From: Promethearchaeati archaeon
GTDB taxonomy: Archaea > Asgardarchaeota > Heimdallarchaeia > Heimdallarchaeales > Heimdallarchaeaceae
Assembly (NCBI GenBank): GCA_013166775.1
Contig: JABLTJ010000005.1
Span: 67,993 to 131,992 of the forward strand
Direction: 5' to 3'
Length of the DNA: 64,000 nucleotides
The notes beneath the pieces were generated by a model, which was given only the letters and a program-made list of their open reading frames with translations, did not search any database and was not told the origin of the DNA. Below are positions 32,275-42,226 of this stretch, piece by piece (position 1 is the first letter of the stretch; each line of letters starts with the position of its first letter). The position numbers and the translations under genes are program-made.

Positions 32275-33531
32275 TCAGAAAAACGACCTATTATACTTCT
32301 TGGCTTTTATAGCCTTTCGAGCAAAATCGTCTTGGTTAAGTATCATCTTCTCACCAGTTTTTTCGTTTATAATCATAACCCTGTTAGTACAAGAGAAACA
32401 TGGATCATAACTTCGAAGTATTACTGGCATATCCGCAATATATTCACCATCCATTCTTTTGAGTGTAGCATCAATATTTCCTAAAGATGGAGCTCTGATC
32501 TTGTATCTTTCTGGAGTATCAGTACCATTAGCAATTCCAAAGTGAATATCTTCACCTCTTGGAGCTTCAGCTCTTGACATATAGCTTCCTTCAGGAATTC
32601 TAGGTTTAACTCTAGCTAAAAGCTCTCCTTGAGTAGATTCTAATCTATCAAGTATCTGTTTACACATCTGAATAGATTCAAGAGTTTCATCTATTCTCAC
32701 CATAGTTGTAGCAAGAATATCTCCTTCTGTATAATAAACTAGATTCCAATCTATTTTATCATATAACTCATAGGGATATGACTTTCTTATATCAAATGGC
32801 AATCCTGAACCTCTTCCAGTAGGACCATTGGGTGTTGTTTTCTTTGCATCATCTTTGGTTAAGACACCTACATCTTCTAAACGATTGCGGATTGAAGCTT
32901 CTTCTGTAAAAACTTTCTTGTGGTATAATACCTTCTTTTCCAACTCATCAAGCATAGGTCTTGCTTTGTCTGCTTTTTCTTTTGGAATGTCTCGTTTTAC
33001 ACCACCAGGCAACATCAAAGCTGGATTAACTCTGTTCCCACTAAAATCTTCTACAATGTCCATTATTATCTCACGATCTCTCCATGAAATATGTAACATA
33101 GTATCAAAACCTGCATCGTGTGCAAGAATACCATACCACAGAATGTGAGAATGAACACGCTCTGCTTCCAGGCTAAACATACGAATTAATCTTGCTCTTT
33201 CGGAAATTTGGTCTTCAACTCCTGCAAGTCTATCAACTACACGTACGTAGATATTTTGATGGACAGCGCTGCAAATTCCACAAGCTCTTGGAACTAACAT
33301 TGTGTTCTGTCGCCAAGTCTTATTTTCCATTGCTTTTTCAATACCGCGAAGGTTAAACCCTATTCGGATATCAGCTTCAACTACTCTTTCCCCTTTTACA
33401 TGGATAATAAAATGCGCAGGTTCTTCTGCCCAAGGATGCTGTGGTCCAATAAAGATATGATGATCTGCATCAGGTGGAGCATCACTTCCATCTGTAAGAG
33501 TTCTAAATCTTGATCTAAATTCACCAGTCAT
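32275..33531 (-). CDS. Group 4 [NiFe]-hydrogenase large subunit (NuoD-like)
   Basis: GPQHP, L1 RACGIC, EAPRGE, L2 DPCFSCTNR followed by a cleavable C-terminal tail. Confidence 0.94.
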   Translation of the reverse strand: MTGEFRSRFRTLTDGSDAPPDADHHIFIGPQHPWAEEPAHFIIHVKGERVVEADIRIGFNLRGIEKAMENKTWRQNTMLVPRACGICSAVHQNIYVRVVDRLAGVEDQISERARLIRMFSLEAERVHSHILWYGILAHDAGFDTMLHISWRDREIIMDIVEDFSGNRVNPALMLPGGVKRDIPKEKADKARPMLDELEKKVLYHKKVFTEEASIRNRLEDVGVLTKDDAKKTTPNGPTGRGSGLPFDIRKSYPYELYDKIDWNLVYYTEGDILATTMVRIDETLESIQMCKQILDRLESTQGELLARVKPRIPEGSYMSRAEAPRGEDIHFGIANGTDTPERYKIRAPSLGNIDATLKRMDGEYIADMPVILRSYDPCFSCTNRVMIINEKTGEKMILNQDDFARKAIKAKKYNRSFF

Positions 33532-33532
33532 A

Positions 33533-34054
33533 TTAATCCTCCTCCAAAGCTTTCTTGGCTATATCCAATGTGATTTCTTTAATCTGTTCCCAGCCATATT
33601 CTTTACGTAAAGGTCTAACATCATCTGGCCATCTCTCTGGTAAAATTAACCTTTGTAAGAACGGATGGCTCTCAAAATATATACCAAAGAAGTCATAAAT
33701 TTCTCTTTCGTAATAATCGGCAGAAACAAAGAAATCAATCATACTTGGAGTTTTTGGATTTCCTTTATCAACTTTTGTTACGAAGAAATTGATTGGAATT
33801 TCTCTGAATTCCTCTTCAATTCTATGTTGTAAATGATAACAAATGTTGAATTCTTTCTCCTTTTCAATTCCAGAAATTGTTGATAGGTGGTAAACACCTG
33901 CCTCCTCATGAAGTATTTTCATAAGTTCATAGGCATTTTTTACTGTAGAATGTACATTGAAATGCCCTTCTTCAACTTTTACAATATCTTCTATGAGTTT
34001 TTCTGGCAAAGTTACATTTAAAATTCCTTCTAATTCTTTGAGTTCAGCACTCAT
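33533..34054 (-). CDS. NuoC-like hydrogenase subunit
   Basis: ADYYEREIYDFFGIYFESHP...PLRK. Confidence 0.9.
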   Translation of the reverse strand: MSAELKELEGILNVTLPEKLIEDIVKVEEGHFNVHSTVKNAYELMKILHEEAGVYHLSTISGIEKEKEFNICYHLQHRIEEEFREIPINFFVTKVDKGNPKTPSMIDFFVSADYYEREIYDFFGIYFESHPFLQRLILPERWPDDVRPLRKEYGWEQIKEITLDIAKKALEED

Positions 34055-34123
34055 AAGAAATCCTCACTTTAGATTTAATACAATCATTTTGTAGTTATTC
34101 AAAAATGTTATGCTGTGGAGTTA

Positions 34124-34828
34124 TTAAAATTTCTTCATAAAAACATAATCACTTGTCTTGAATTTCTCAGGGATTTCTTGAAAATACCACCCTCTTGCTT
34201 GGAGTATTAACAGGTAGCCAAACATCCATGATTCTATCTTTAAAGTCTTAAAACGAAAGACCTCTTCTGATATCCAATTTCCATCAACTTCTTTGATTTG
34301 CATCCACTCATTTATCGATAAAAATCTCCCAGTATACAAAACTCCATACGCTCTTTCAAGAAGTTCTGGAAGGGCTTGTGTTAACTCTTTAATTAGCTCG
34401 TCATCTGTTTTTTCCTGCCCTTTCACAATTTCATTAAGTATAGCTGTTTTTGTGTTAAAATTATCTGATAATTTTGGTTTAATCGGAGGGGATCTTTCAA
34501 AATCAGGATATACTACATTTTCTTCACACAAATAGATTTTATTCATTACAGATCTGAATCTATATCCTCTAGTAGTTAGAGCAACTAGATAAGCGATATC
34601 TATATTATTAATTTTATAGTCTCTTTTTATAATATTAATTCCTTCTGAAATACTAATCTGAGTTTTTGCTTCACCAAAGCATTCAGTTTGGTCTAAAACA
34701 TCAGGAATAACGTGTGCTAGATTTGTTAAAAAATATTGATTAGGTTTGTTGTAAAAATCTGTAAAATTTCTTAAAATCTGTGCATTGGCATCTTTTTCAG
34801 GTAGTACCATACAAATGAAATTATCCAA
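34124..34828 (-). CDS. Hypothetical protein
   Basis: 234-aa ORF within the hydrogenase cluster; no motif recognised. Confidence 0.65.
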   Translation of the reverse strand: MDNFICMVLPEKDANAQILRNFTDFYNKPNQYFLTNLAHVIPDVLDQTECFGEAKTQISISEGINIIKRDYKINNIDIAYLVALTTRGYRFRSVMNKIYLCEENVVYPDFERSPPIKPKLSDNFNTKTAILNEIVKGQEKTDDELIKELTQALPELLERAYGVLYTGRFLSINEWMQIKEVDGNWISEEVFRFKTLKIESWMFGYLLILQARGWYFQEIPEKFKTSDYVFMKKF

Positions 34829-34869
34829 TCTTTCTATATAACTTATTCGGAAAATGAAAGCAAAACTGA

Positions 34870-35091
34870 TTAACTACTAAGAATTTCATCCCACATTTTC
34901 AGATCTTCTTTAGCTTGTTCAGGATCAAGTTTTGCAATAATAAATCCTGTATGCACAAGAACATAATCTCCTATATCTAGAGATTCTTCAAGAAGAGATG
35001 TATCAGCTTCTCTTCTCACTCCAGTAATGTCAACCATTACTCTAGTTCCTTCAAGAAGTTCTGTAACTAAACCTGGAATTGCTAGACACAT
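34870..35091 (-). CDS. hypC: Hydrogenase chaperone HypC
   Basis: MCLAIPG N-terminus, GDYVLVHTGF. Confidence 0.95.
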   Translation of the reverse strand: MCLAIPGLVTELLEGTRVMVDITGVRREADTSLLEESLDIGDYVLVHTGFIIAKLDPEQAKEDLKMWDEILSS

Positions 35092-35143
35092 ATATCTCAC
35101 GCTTTTCTTTTTCTAAGTGTAATTAACTCTTTTTATTCGGCAA

Positions 35144-36262
35144 TTATTCTTCCCAAATAATCTCTTCGTAAGTTGCAGCAACATTACAGGTTCCCTCATG
35201 ACTAACCATGCACGCTCCGATAGGATGATCTGGTCTACATGCTTTGTTGAATAACTTACATTGATGGGGTTTAGATTTACCAATAAGTATCTCGTCACAG
35301 ATACAACCCCCATGTAAATCTGTTACTGGAAGCTCTGGTATATCATACTTTTTCTTGGCATCAATATGAGCATAGTTATCACTAATTTCATGCCCTGTTT
35401 TTGGAAAGACACCTAGCCCTCTCCATCGAGCATCAGACACAACATAAGCTTCATCCAAAGCTTTTAGAGCAGCAGTATTTCCTTCATATCTTACCCATCG
35501 ACCATAAGTATTATCGACAACAGGATCTTTTTCATTTATCTGTTTAAGCAAAGAAAGAATTCCCATTAGAATGTCAACAGGTTCAAACCCAGCAATAGCG
35601 ACAGGGAAGTTATATTTTTCAGGTATGAATTCATATGGTTTGATTCCTATTATTGTGGAAACATGACCAGGTGCCAGATAACCATGAAATTCTATATCAT
35701 CTCTTTGAAGAAGTAGTTCCATTGCAGGAGGAATTACTTTGTGTGATGCGTATATGCTGAAATTGGGTAGATTGGTACGAACAACTTCAGCTGCTGTAAC
35801 ACAAGAGGTTGTTTCGAATCCAACGCTAAAGAAGATAACATCTTGCTCTGGTGTTTTCTCTGCTAATTTAATTGCGTCAGATACTCCATAAACTACGCGA
35901 ACATCTACTCCTCTTCCTTGAGCTTGATAAAGAGATTCGGTAGAACCGGGGACTCTCATCATATCACCAAAGGTGGTTATTGTAGTATTGTGATTGTCAG
36001 CAATCCATAAAACTTCATCAACGTCTTGAGCACTGGAACAACAGACAGGACAGCCGGGCCCTGCTATAAGCTCAATTTTCGAGGGTAAGAGCGCCCTTAA
36101 TCCATGTTTTACTACATCATGTTCATGAGTTCCACAAACATGCATAATCTTTATTTTTTCACTTTGTTTCTCTGTCTCGTGTTTGATTTTGGAGATTAAT
36201 GCTTCTACTACTTTTTTATCTCTATAGACTTTTGTTGGTTCTGACATTTCCTCTGAGTCCAA
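35144..36262 (-). CDS. hypD: Hydrogenase maturation protein HypD
   Basis: VCGTHE, GPGCPVC, GFETT, PGHVS, GACMVSHEGTC. Confidence 0.96.
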   Translation of the reverse strand: MDSEEMSEPTKVYRDKKVVEALISKIKHETEKQSEKIKIMHVCGTHEHDVVKHGLRALLPSKIELIAGPGCPVCCSSAQDVDEVLWIADNHNTTITTFGDMMRVPGSTESLYQAQGRGVDVRVVYGVSDAIKLAEKTPEQDVIFFSVGFETTSCVTAAEVVRTNLPNFSIYASHKVIPPAMELLLQRDDIEFHGYLAPGHVSTIIGIKPYEFIPEKYNFPVAIAGFEPVDILMGILSLLKQINEKDPVVDNTYGRWVRYEGNTAALKALDEAYVVSDARWRGLGVFPKTGHEISDNYAHIDAKKKYDIPELPVTDLHGGCICDEILIGKSKPHQCKLFNKACRPDHPIGACMVSHEGTCNVAATYEEIIWEE

Positions 36263-36349
36263 TAATGATTTCTAAGATTTGCAAAAAATATACGATTAAA
36301 TAACTTCTTCTCTCGAACAAAATGTTAGGTTATTTATAATTACAAATTT

Positions 36350-37339
36350 TTATTTCTGAAATTCTTCTGGTATATCTATTTCAAATGTGCAAAGTAAAGC
36401 TCCTGTTAATGCTGTTTCACTTGGTTCCACTTTTACTGGTTGATCAAAGATTATCTCCCAATATTGCATAATAAATCCTGCACTACAATGACAGAAATTA
36501 GATGAGATATCTTTTTCTTCTCCTTTCTTCATTGCTCCACGAACCCAGGAACAATAACAGCTATAGTATCTTTTCATTTTTTCATCATCAGTAGTTAGGT
36601 GTCTTTTTACTTGATAGGGGATTTTTGTTGCAATAATTTTGTTTCCATCTCTTTTCCCAGGACTTATTGTTGGATTGTTTCTTACAAACTCAACTACATC
36701 TTTATCTACATACTGTGCATATTCCAAAGTTCCCTCCTTTTGATGTTTCTCAAGCCGTTCAATCAACTCTTTTCTTTTCAGTTTAAGAAATTCATCAATA
36801 TCATCTAATCTTAAGAAATCCTCTCTATCCCTCTTGATTGGTTCAACTGGTCGTCCATGTAAGCAAGGAGCTAATAGTTTTATCGTTTTTTCTTCTCCTA
36901 TTTTTGCTTCCATTCGCTTCATTATTTCTTCAGTGAAAGCTGGTTTTTTATCAGGATGAGCTCCTAAAGGTGGAATATCAAGATTACTAAAAATCTCATC
37001 ACGGATTTCTTTTCTGAACTCATCTCCAATTCTCAGATACAAATTATCCATAGCATTGTATGCTTCTGCAATATCTATAATTTCAATAATCAAATCATAA
37101 TTTTCTATAAAATTAGAATAACTGATTAAAGCTCTCAAAAATTCTAGAATTTTTTCATTCTTGTTGCTGATAAGATATTCTGTATATTCATTTATTTTGC
37201 CTTCAGGTAATGAATCAACACTAATTCCTTCTTTACTCAGGAACTCCTGAAATTCTCTCAATAAAACAAAATATCCTTGCAATATTTCATCCTCGACTTT
37301 GTTCTCCAATAAATATTTTCTGAAACCTTCTTCGTTCAT
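36350..37339 (-). CDS. Hypothetical Cys-containing protein (DUF6144/V4R-like C-terminus)
   Basis: CYC, FCHCSAGF, G..CTFEI. Confidence 0.65.
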   Translation of the reverse strand: MNEEGFRKYLLENKVEDEILQGYFVLLREFQEFLSKEGISVDSLPEGKINEYTEYLISNKNEKILEFLRALISYSNFIENYDLIIEIIDIAEAYNAMDNLYLRIGDEFRKEIRDEIFSNLDIPPLGAHPDKKPAFTEEIMKRMEAKIGEEKTIKLLAPCLHGRPVEPIKRDREDFLRLDDIDEFLKLKRKELIERLEKHQKEGTLEYAQYVDKDVVEFVRNNPTISPGKRDGNKIIATKIPYQVKRHLTTDDEKMKRYYSCYCSWVRGAMKKGEEKDISSNFCHCSAGFIMQYWEIIFDQPVKVEPSETALTGALLCTFEIDIPEEFQK

Positions 37340-37400
37340 CCATATCCCTTCAATTTTTTTACATTTACAATCTTATTTATAACTCAAATTACTCAAACAG

Positions 37401-37925
37401 TTATATTTGTTTTTCAATTCTCTCAATTAATAATTCAGCAAATTCTTCTGCAGCATTTACACATTCATCTGATAAGTCAGTCATAAATTTTGTTTGTTTA
37501 GGTTGAATTCCAACATAAAAGATAATTATTTCAGGTATAATTGGTTTTAGAAATTCTTCTAGCATTGTAAGTGACAATGTATGAGTAGACAAGTGAAATC
37601 CCTGAGCAATCATCTCTTTAGGGAAGATGGCTATCGCACCTGGAATCTCTTTCATATCTGCAGCATCAAGCACAATGATTCTGTTTGGTGCTAGATTAGC
37701 AATTTTACCCAGAAAATGTTCTGGAACTCTTTCACAATAAAAAATTGTTACCCATTCTGGTAGATTGGCTTCTTGGAGAATCTCTGTAATATAGAGACCA
37801 ACACCATCATCACCATTATCCTTGTTTCCGACACCTAAGATAGCTAACTTGTTCGCGTCAGCTAAGAAGTTATCAATCGTTTGGATAAACTCTTCAGTGA
37901 ATTGATTATCTTCGTTATGTGTCAT
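37401..37925 (-). CDS. hycI: Hydrogenase maturation protease HycI
   Basis: GVGN...DDGVG, VPE, DAAD..PG, STH, GIQP. Confidence 0.9.
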   Translation of the reverse strand: MTHNEDNQFTEEFIQTIDNFLADANKLAILGVGNKDNGDDGVGLYITEILQEANLPEWVTIFYCERVPEHFLGKIANLAPNRIIVLDAADMKEIPGAIAIFPKEMIAQGFHLSTHTLSLTMLEEFLKPIIPEIIIFYVGIQPKQTKFMTDLSDECVNAAEEFAELLIERIEKQI

Positions 37926-37938
37926 TTGAATCGAAACC

Positions 37939-38799
37939 TTGATATTCCTAAATAAGTGCTTCCTTTTTACTATGCCAAGGAAATCAGAAGTAGAGAAACT
38001 ATATGATGAATATGCTCAATATTATAATAACGACGATAAATTCATTCCTGAAACTTTCAATACAGGAAGAGCCGCAATGAGTTTTGCAGATGATATTACT
38101 TGGCACTTTATGAAAAAGTATGCACCAAAAGATAAGAAGGCAAAAATTTTAGATGCTGGTGCTGGAGACGGGTATTGGACTATTAAATTCATTGAGCTGG
38201 GATATAGAAATATAACTCTTTCAGATTTATCTGAAGGAATGTTGGAACAAGCTAAGAAAAAACTTTCAAAAATCGCAAAGAAACAAAACTGTGAGTTTGT
38301 AAAATCAGACATTGCTAATATGAAAGAATTTAATGATAATAGTTTTGATTACATATTTTCTCAATATGATCCAGTATCACTCTGTATGAAACCTAAAAAT
38401 GCCATTAAGGAATTAGCTAGAATTGTGAAGAATGATTGCTATATATCTGTTGTTTTGGATACTAAGTTCAGAAGAGTGTCAGAATTAATTGAAGCTAAAC
38501 AGATTGACAAAGTAATTGAACTTCTTAAAACAAACATCTCTTATGATTTTACTTTTCCTCAATATAATTTTACGTGGGAAGAGTTAGCTACATATTTTGA
38601 CTTAGCTGGTTTAGAAGTAGTTGAAATTGTAGGCGCACCAGTTTTCATGCATCAAATAAAAGAGGACATTCTAAAAGAATTAGAGGAAAATAACAAAATC
38701 AGAGAAATACTTCTTGGAATAGAATTAGAATACTGTACAAATAAAACACTTGTAAATTTTGCAGGTCATCTTCAAATGATTGGTAAAAAGCACTCCTAA
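37939..38799 (+). CDS. Class I SAM-dependent methyltransferase
   Basis: ILDAGAGDG, DLSEGML, NSFDYI; probable start ATG 37972. Confidence 0.88.
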   Translation: MIFLNKCFLFTMPRKSEVEKLYDEYAQYYNNDDKFIPETFNTGRAAMSFADDITWHFMKKYAPKDKKAKILDAGAGDGYWTIKFIELGYRNITLSDLSEGMLEQAKKKLSKIAKKQNCEFVKSDIANMKEFNDNSFDYIFSQYDPVSLCMKPKNAIKELARIVKNDCYISVVLDTKFRRVSELIEAKQIDKVIELLKTNISYDFTFPQYNFTWEELATYFDLAGLEVVEIVGAPVFMHQIKEDILKELEENNKIREILLGIELEYCTNKTLVNFAGHLQMIGKKHS

Positions 38800-38825
38800 T
38801 TTGAAATTCTGAGAGACCAGAAATA

Positions 38826-38837
38826 GTAATGTTTAAA
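38826..38837 (+). promoter_or_regulatory. TATA box of the SRP RNA precursor
   Basis: TTTAAA at 38832-38837, about 27 nt upstream of the 5' flanking stem. Confidence 0.55.
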
Positions 38838-38881
38838 TTCATTTGATGGGTTGCAATAACTACTTAACTGAACCGGTAGCA

Positions 38882-39185
38882 AGGACTAGCCGGGGGGCCA
38901 GGGCTACCCTATGCTGGAAATGCTCTATATGCCAGGGTGAATGCTAACGCTGCGGTATCGTTGAGGTTGATACGCCTTGCCTAGATAGCGTCGAAGCGTC
39001 GACCCACAGGATTGTGTATTCTGGAGGCGGTTTCGGAGGAAACCGTTAGAAAGGATAAGGTCAAAATGGGTCAGGTACGGAAGTGAGCAGCTCTAAGATC
39101 AATATGTGATGCTTGTGATAATCGGCGTGGAGCTTAAGGGCTTGAAACGGCTTCTGATTCGGTAACAAACGTTAGGTCCCTATAA
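38882..39185 (+). ncRNA. ffs: Archaeal SRP (7S) RNA
   Basis: 5' GGACUAGCCGGGGGG Alu start, helix 6 GGCGGUUUC-GGAG-GAAACCGUU, helix 8 CAGGUAC-GGAA-GUGAGCAGC, terminal GGAC/GUCC helix; about 300 nt. Confidence 0.93.
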
Positions 39186-39273
39186 ACGATTCAGTTACGT
39201 TAATTTTTTCTTACAAATTAATTGAACAGCCTATGAATATATTTTTGAAAAAATAAAAAGGGAAAGTGAAATT

Positions 39274-39858
39274 CTAATAAGTTTCACATAAAATTTCAAA
39301 ATAGTGGCTATTGTGATTGCAGCTTGGACATGCATCTGGTGGTTCTTCACCTTCGTGTACATATCCACATTGTTGACAGACCCATCTAACCTTTTCCTTC
39401 TTCTTGAAAACAGTTTTACCTTCAACTTGAGCTAGAAGTTTTTTGTATCTTTCTTCATGATGAGATTCTGCTTCACCTATTGCACGAAGTCTTTCTGCAA
39501 TTTTTGAGAATCCTTCTTTTTCTGCAACATCTGCAAATTCAGGATACATTGTTTCTGTCTCATAGTGTTCTCCTGCTATTGCAGCTTTTAGGTTGGCAAT
39601 AGTATCATCTAACACAATTGGAGCAGCAGCATCTACTGTAATTTCCTCTACATCTAGTTTTAACTTCTTTTTTACTTGGTTTAGCATACGGAAATTCCAT
39701 TTTGCATGTTCTCTTTCATTATCTGCTGTAAGGAGGAAAAGATTTGCAATTTGCTCGTATCCCTCTTTTCTAGCTATTTTTGAATACATTGTGTAACGGC
39801 TTCTAGCTTGACTTTCTCCAATGAAAGCTTTAGCTAAATTCTTAATCGTTTCATTCAT
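39274..39858 (-). CDS. rbr: Rubrerythrin
   Basis: GESQA, E..H motifs, C-terminal CQQCG...CPSC. Confidence 0.95.
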   Translation of the reverse strand: MNETIKNLAKAFIGESQARSRYTMYSKIARKEGYEQIANLFLLTADNEREHAKWNFRMLNQVKKKLKLDVEEITVDAAAPIVLDDTIANLKAAIAGEHYETETMYPEFADVAEKEGFSKIAERLRAIGEAESHHEERYKKLLAQVEGKTVFKKKEKVRWVCQQCGYVHEGEEPPDACPSCNHNSHYFEILCETY

Positions 39859-39969
39859 TCTATAATTCTCCTATGAATTGAACATAGTTTGTATGTAGAA
39901 TTTCAAAAAAACAGTTTAAATGGTTTTTGATTTCAAACTTGGCAACAATCTAATCTAGGTATTACTAAA

Positions 39970-40920
39970 TTAATAGTTTTCTAACTGGGTTTTAACCCAG
40001 CAAGCTTTACATATTTTTCCTGACGTTGCTTCTCCGCAATTCTCACAATTTTTGAGAGTTCCTTTTAGTTGAGTAGTTTTCATTATTTCAAGTAACTTAT
40101 CCTGTCCGCGAAGGATGTTAAAAGAAAGCATAGGCTGTTTCTCTTGAGTTTTGAAAACAAACTCTCTTACATCTCCTCTATAGGCTTCTGCTGAATACGG
40201 GCAGGGTATCTCTTGATACTCAAGATCATTAAGAACACAATACAGCACAATTTCTGCTTGCGGTGTAGCTCTGAACGGTTTCACTCTAGGAACAAGTGAT
40301 TCATGAATCTTTCTTGGATGTGGGTCCAATCTAGCAAGTCTTTGAATATCACCACGAATGATGTTTAAAAGTATAGTTTCTACTTCATCTTCGAGGTTGT
40401 GTGCTGTAACAAGAACATCAGCTCCAATATCCTTTGTCGCTTTATTCAATATCTTTCTTCTCAAAATTCCACAATAAGAACAAGCTCCAAATTCTCTCTC
40501 TTTTCCTCTATCACCAAGAATCTTTAGTATTTCATCTAGGTTATAACCAAAATCATTCTTGAAAGAGAAAATATGGTGTTCCAATTTCAACTCCTCAACA
40601 TGTTTCCTCGCGAAGAATAATCCTTCTTCTCTATAATCTTCTATTCCTTCATCAATGGTAATAGCAACCAATTCACTTTCTGGAAAATCCTCTTCGATTT
40701 TATTTAAAATGTGTAACAAAGCAATACTGTCTTTACCACCTGAAACTCCAATTGCTATTCTATCACTTCGTTTGAGCATTTTGTAACGGGTAAGTGTTTT
40801 TTGGACTCTTTTTTTCACTTGTTCATTGAAATGTTGTTTGCATAATGCAATTTTATCATAAGGACGAACATAAACTGCTTGTTTGCCACAGAAAGTACAA
40901 TTCATAGTGATTACTCTCAA
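39970..40920 (-). CDS. tRNA 2-thiolation protein (TtuA/Ncs6, TIGR00269 family)
   Basis: N- and C-terminal Zn fingers, SGGKDS PP-loop, CSYCGILRR, AHNLED, CPY. Confidence 0.9.
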   Translation of the reverse strand: MRVITMNCTFCGKQAVYVRPYDKIALCKQHFNEQVKKRVQKTLTRYKMLKRSDRIAIGVSGGKDSIALLHILNKIEEDFPESELVAITIDEGIEDYREEGLFFARKHVEELKLEHHIFSFKNDFGYNLDEILKILGDRGKEREFGACSYCGILRRKILNKATKDIGADVLVTAHNLEDEVETILLNIIRGDIQRLARLDPHPRKIHESLVPRVKPFRATPQAEIVLYCVLNDLEYQEIPCPYSAEAYRGDVREFVFKTQEKQPMLSFNILRGQDKLLEIMKTTQLKGTLKNCENCGEATSGKICKACWVKTQLENY

Positions 40921-42110
40921 AGTTTGATCATCGAAAGGACTAGGTTAATTACTATTACTAATAAGCTGAATAATCTCAATGATCTCATTATTGTTTTCTT
41001 TTTTCTATCTTCTACTTCTTTGATTTCACAGTATTCATTTATTATTTTATCTCCATCGGTTATACCTAAAGGAAGCAAATTAAGAAAAACTGCCATTACA
41101 CTCAAATTAAGAGAGTACAATACTTCAATATTCCAATAGTATGGAAACCATACCGATAATCTCTTTCCTTTTGGTGGTAAATAGTTGTGAATATTTATTC
41201 CAAGATAAAGTTGTGAAGTGCTTGTTGTATTTGTATTAGGATTGATGTTTGTTGGCGTAGCTTCAACGTTACTTCCATTTAGAAGTGATATGAGAATTTT
41301 ACTTGAATTAAAATTACTAGTAAAGAGTGTATAATAATCATCAACATTTTCAATTATTGTAACATTTGTCGAGTAAGCGCTTTCATTCATTAATGTAATT
41401 TGCTGTATAACATCCCCTTTATGTAATCCAGATTCTTCTGCTGGGGAACCTTCAAAAATATTGGTAATTAAAACTCCATTCGAAGCTCCATAACCAATGG
41501 AAACAATATAAGGTGATAACAGATACAGTATCAAGAAAATTAAAGCGAAAATTGCGTTAAAAGCTGAACCATTCATCCACACTCTAATTTTGCTTTTTGA
41601 CGTTGCCTTTTCTATGCTTTCTTTTGCTATTTCGATAAATCCTCCGAAAAGAACAAGTAGAATAAAAATTCCTGAAGCTTTGATTTCTAACCCTTCTCTT
41701 TTTGCCATGACTGCATGAGCAATCTCATGTGGAATAATTACTAGCACAAAGGGTAAAATAAATAACAGGGCAACCTTGAAATCCATGGTGACTCCTGGTA
41801 TTATTAATTGGATACCTGATCCTGCAGGGGAATTGAATAAAAGTAGAAAAGGATTAACTAGGAAATAAACTAGAAATCCGAGAGCTATTAATCCTGCTAG
41901 TATTTTTCCAATATTGTAAATTGCTTTCCAGAACCTTTTCCCTTTCTCCCCCATCTTTTCTAAGAGTTTATTGAAGAATTCTGTCTTAAACATAACTCCA
42001 AGTGGAAAGAAATGAATTCCATACTTTCCTAAATTTAGAATGTTTCCTAGAGCTGTCAGAAAAAAAAGTCCCATAATAATTAGCAGAATTATCTGAAGAG
42101 TGGTAACCAT
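40917..42110 (-). CDS. Site-2 protease (M50) with PDZ domain
   Basis: HEIAH, SPAEESGL.KGD, NLLPLGITDG. Confidence 0.9.
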   Translation of the reverse strand: MVTTLQIILLIIMGLFFLTALGNILNLGKYGIHFFPLGVMFKTEFFNKLLEKMGEKGKRFWKAIYNIGKILAGLIALGFLVYFLVNPFLLLFNSPAGSGIQLIIPGVTMDFKVALLFILPFVLVIIPHEIAHAVMAKREGLEIKASGIFILLVLFGGFIEIAKESIEKATSKSKIRVWMNGSAFNAIFALIFLILYLLSPYIVSIGYGASNGVLITNIFEGSPAEESGLHKGDVIQQITLMNESAYSTNVTIIENVDDYYTLFTSNFNSSKILISLLNGSNVEATPTNINPNTNTTSTSQLYLGINIHNYLPPKGKRLSVWFPYYWNIEVLYSLNLSVMAVFLNLLPLGITDGDKIINEYCEIKEVEDRKKKTIMRSLRLFSLLVIVINLVLSMIKL

Positions 42111-42226
42111 TGGAAATCCCTTCTCGTTTTTTGTAAATTCTACTGTTTATAAAAAGTGCCTTCTTTAACAATTACATTATATGCCTAAACTGATTCTTTT
42201 TATTAATTATATTCTCAAGTTCCTAA

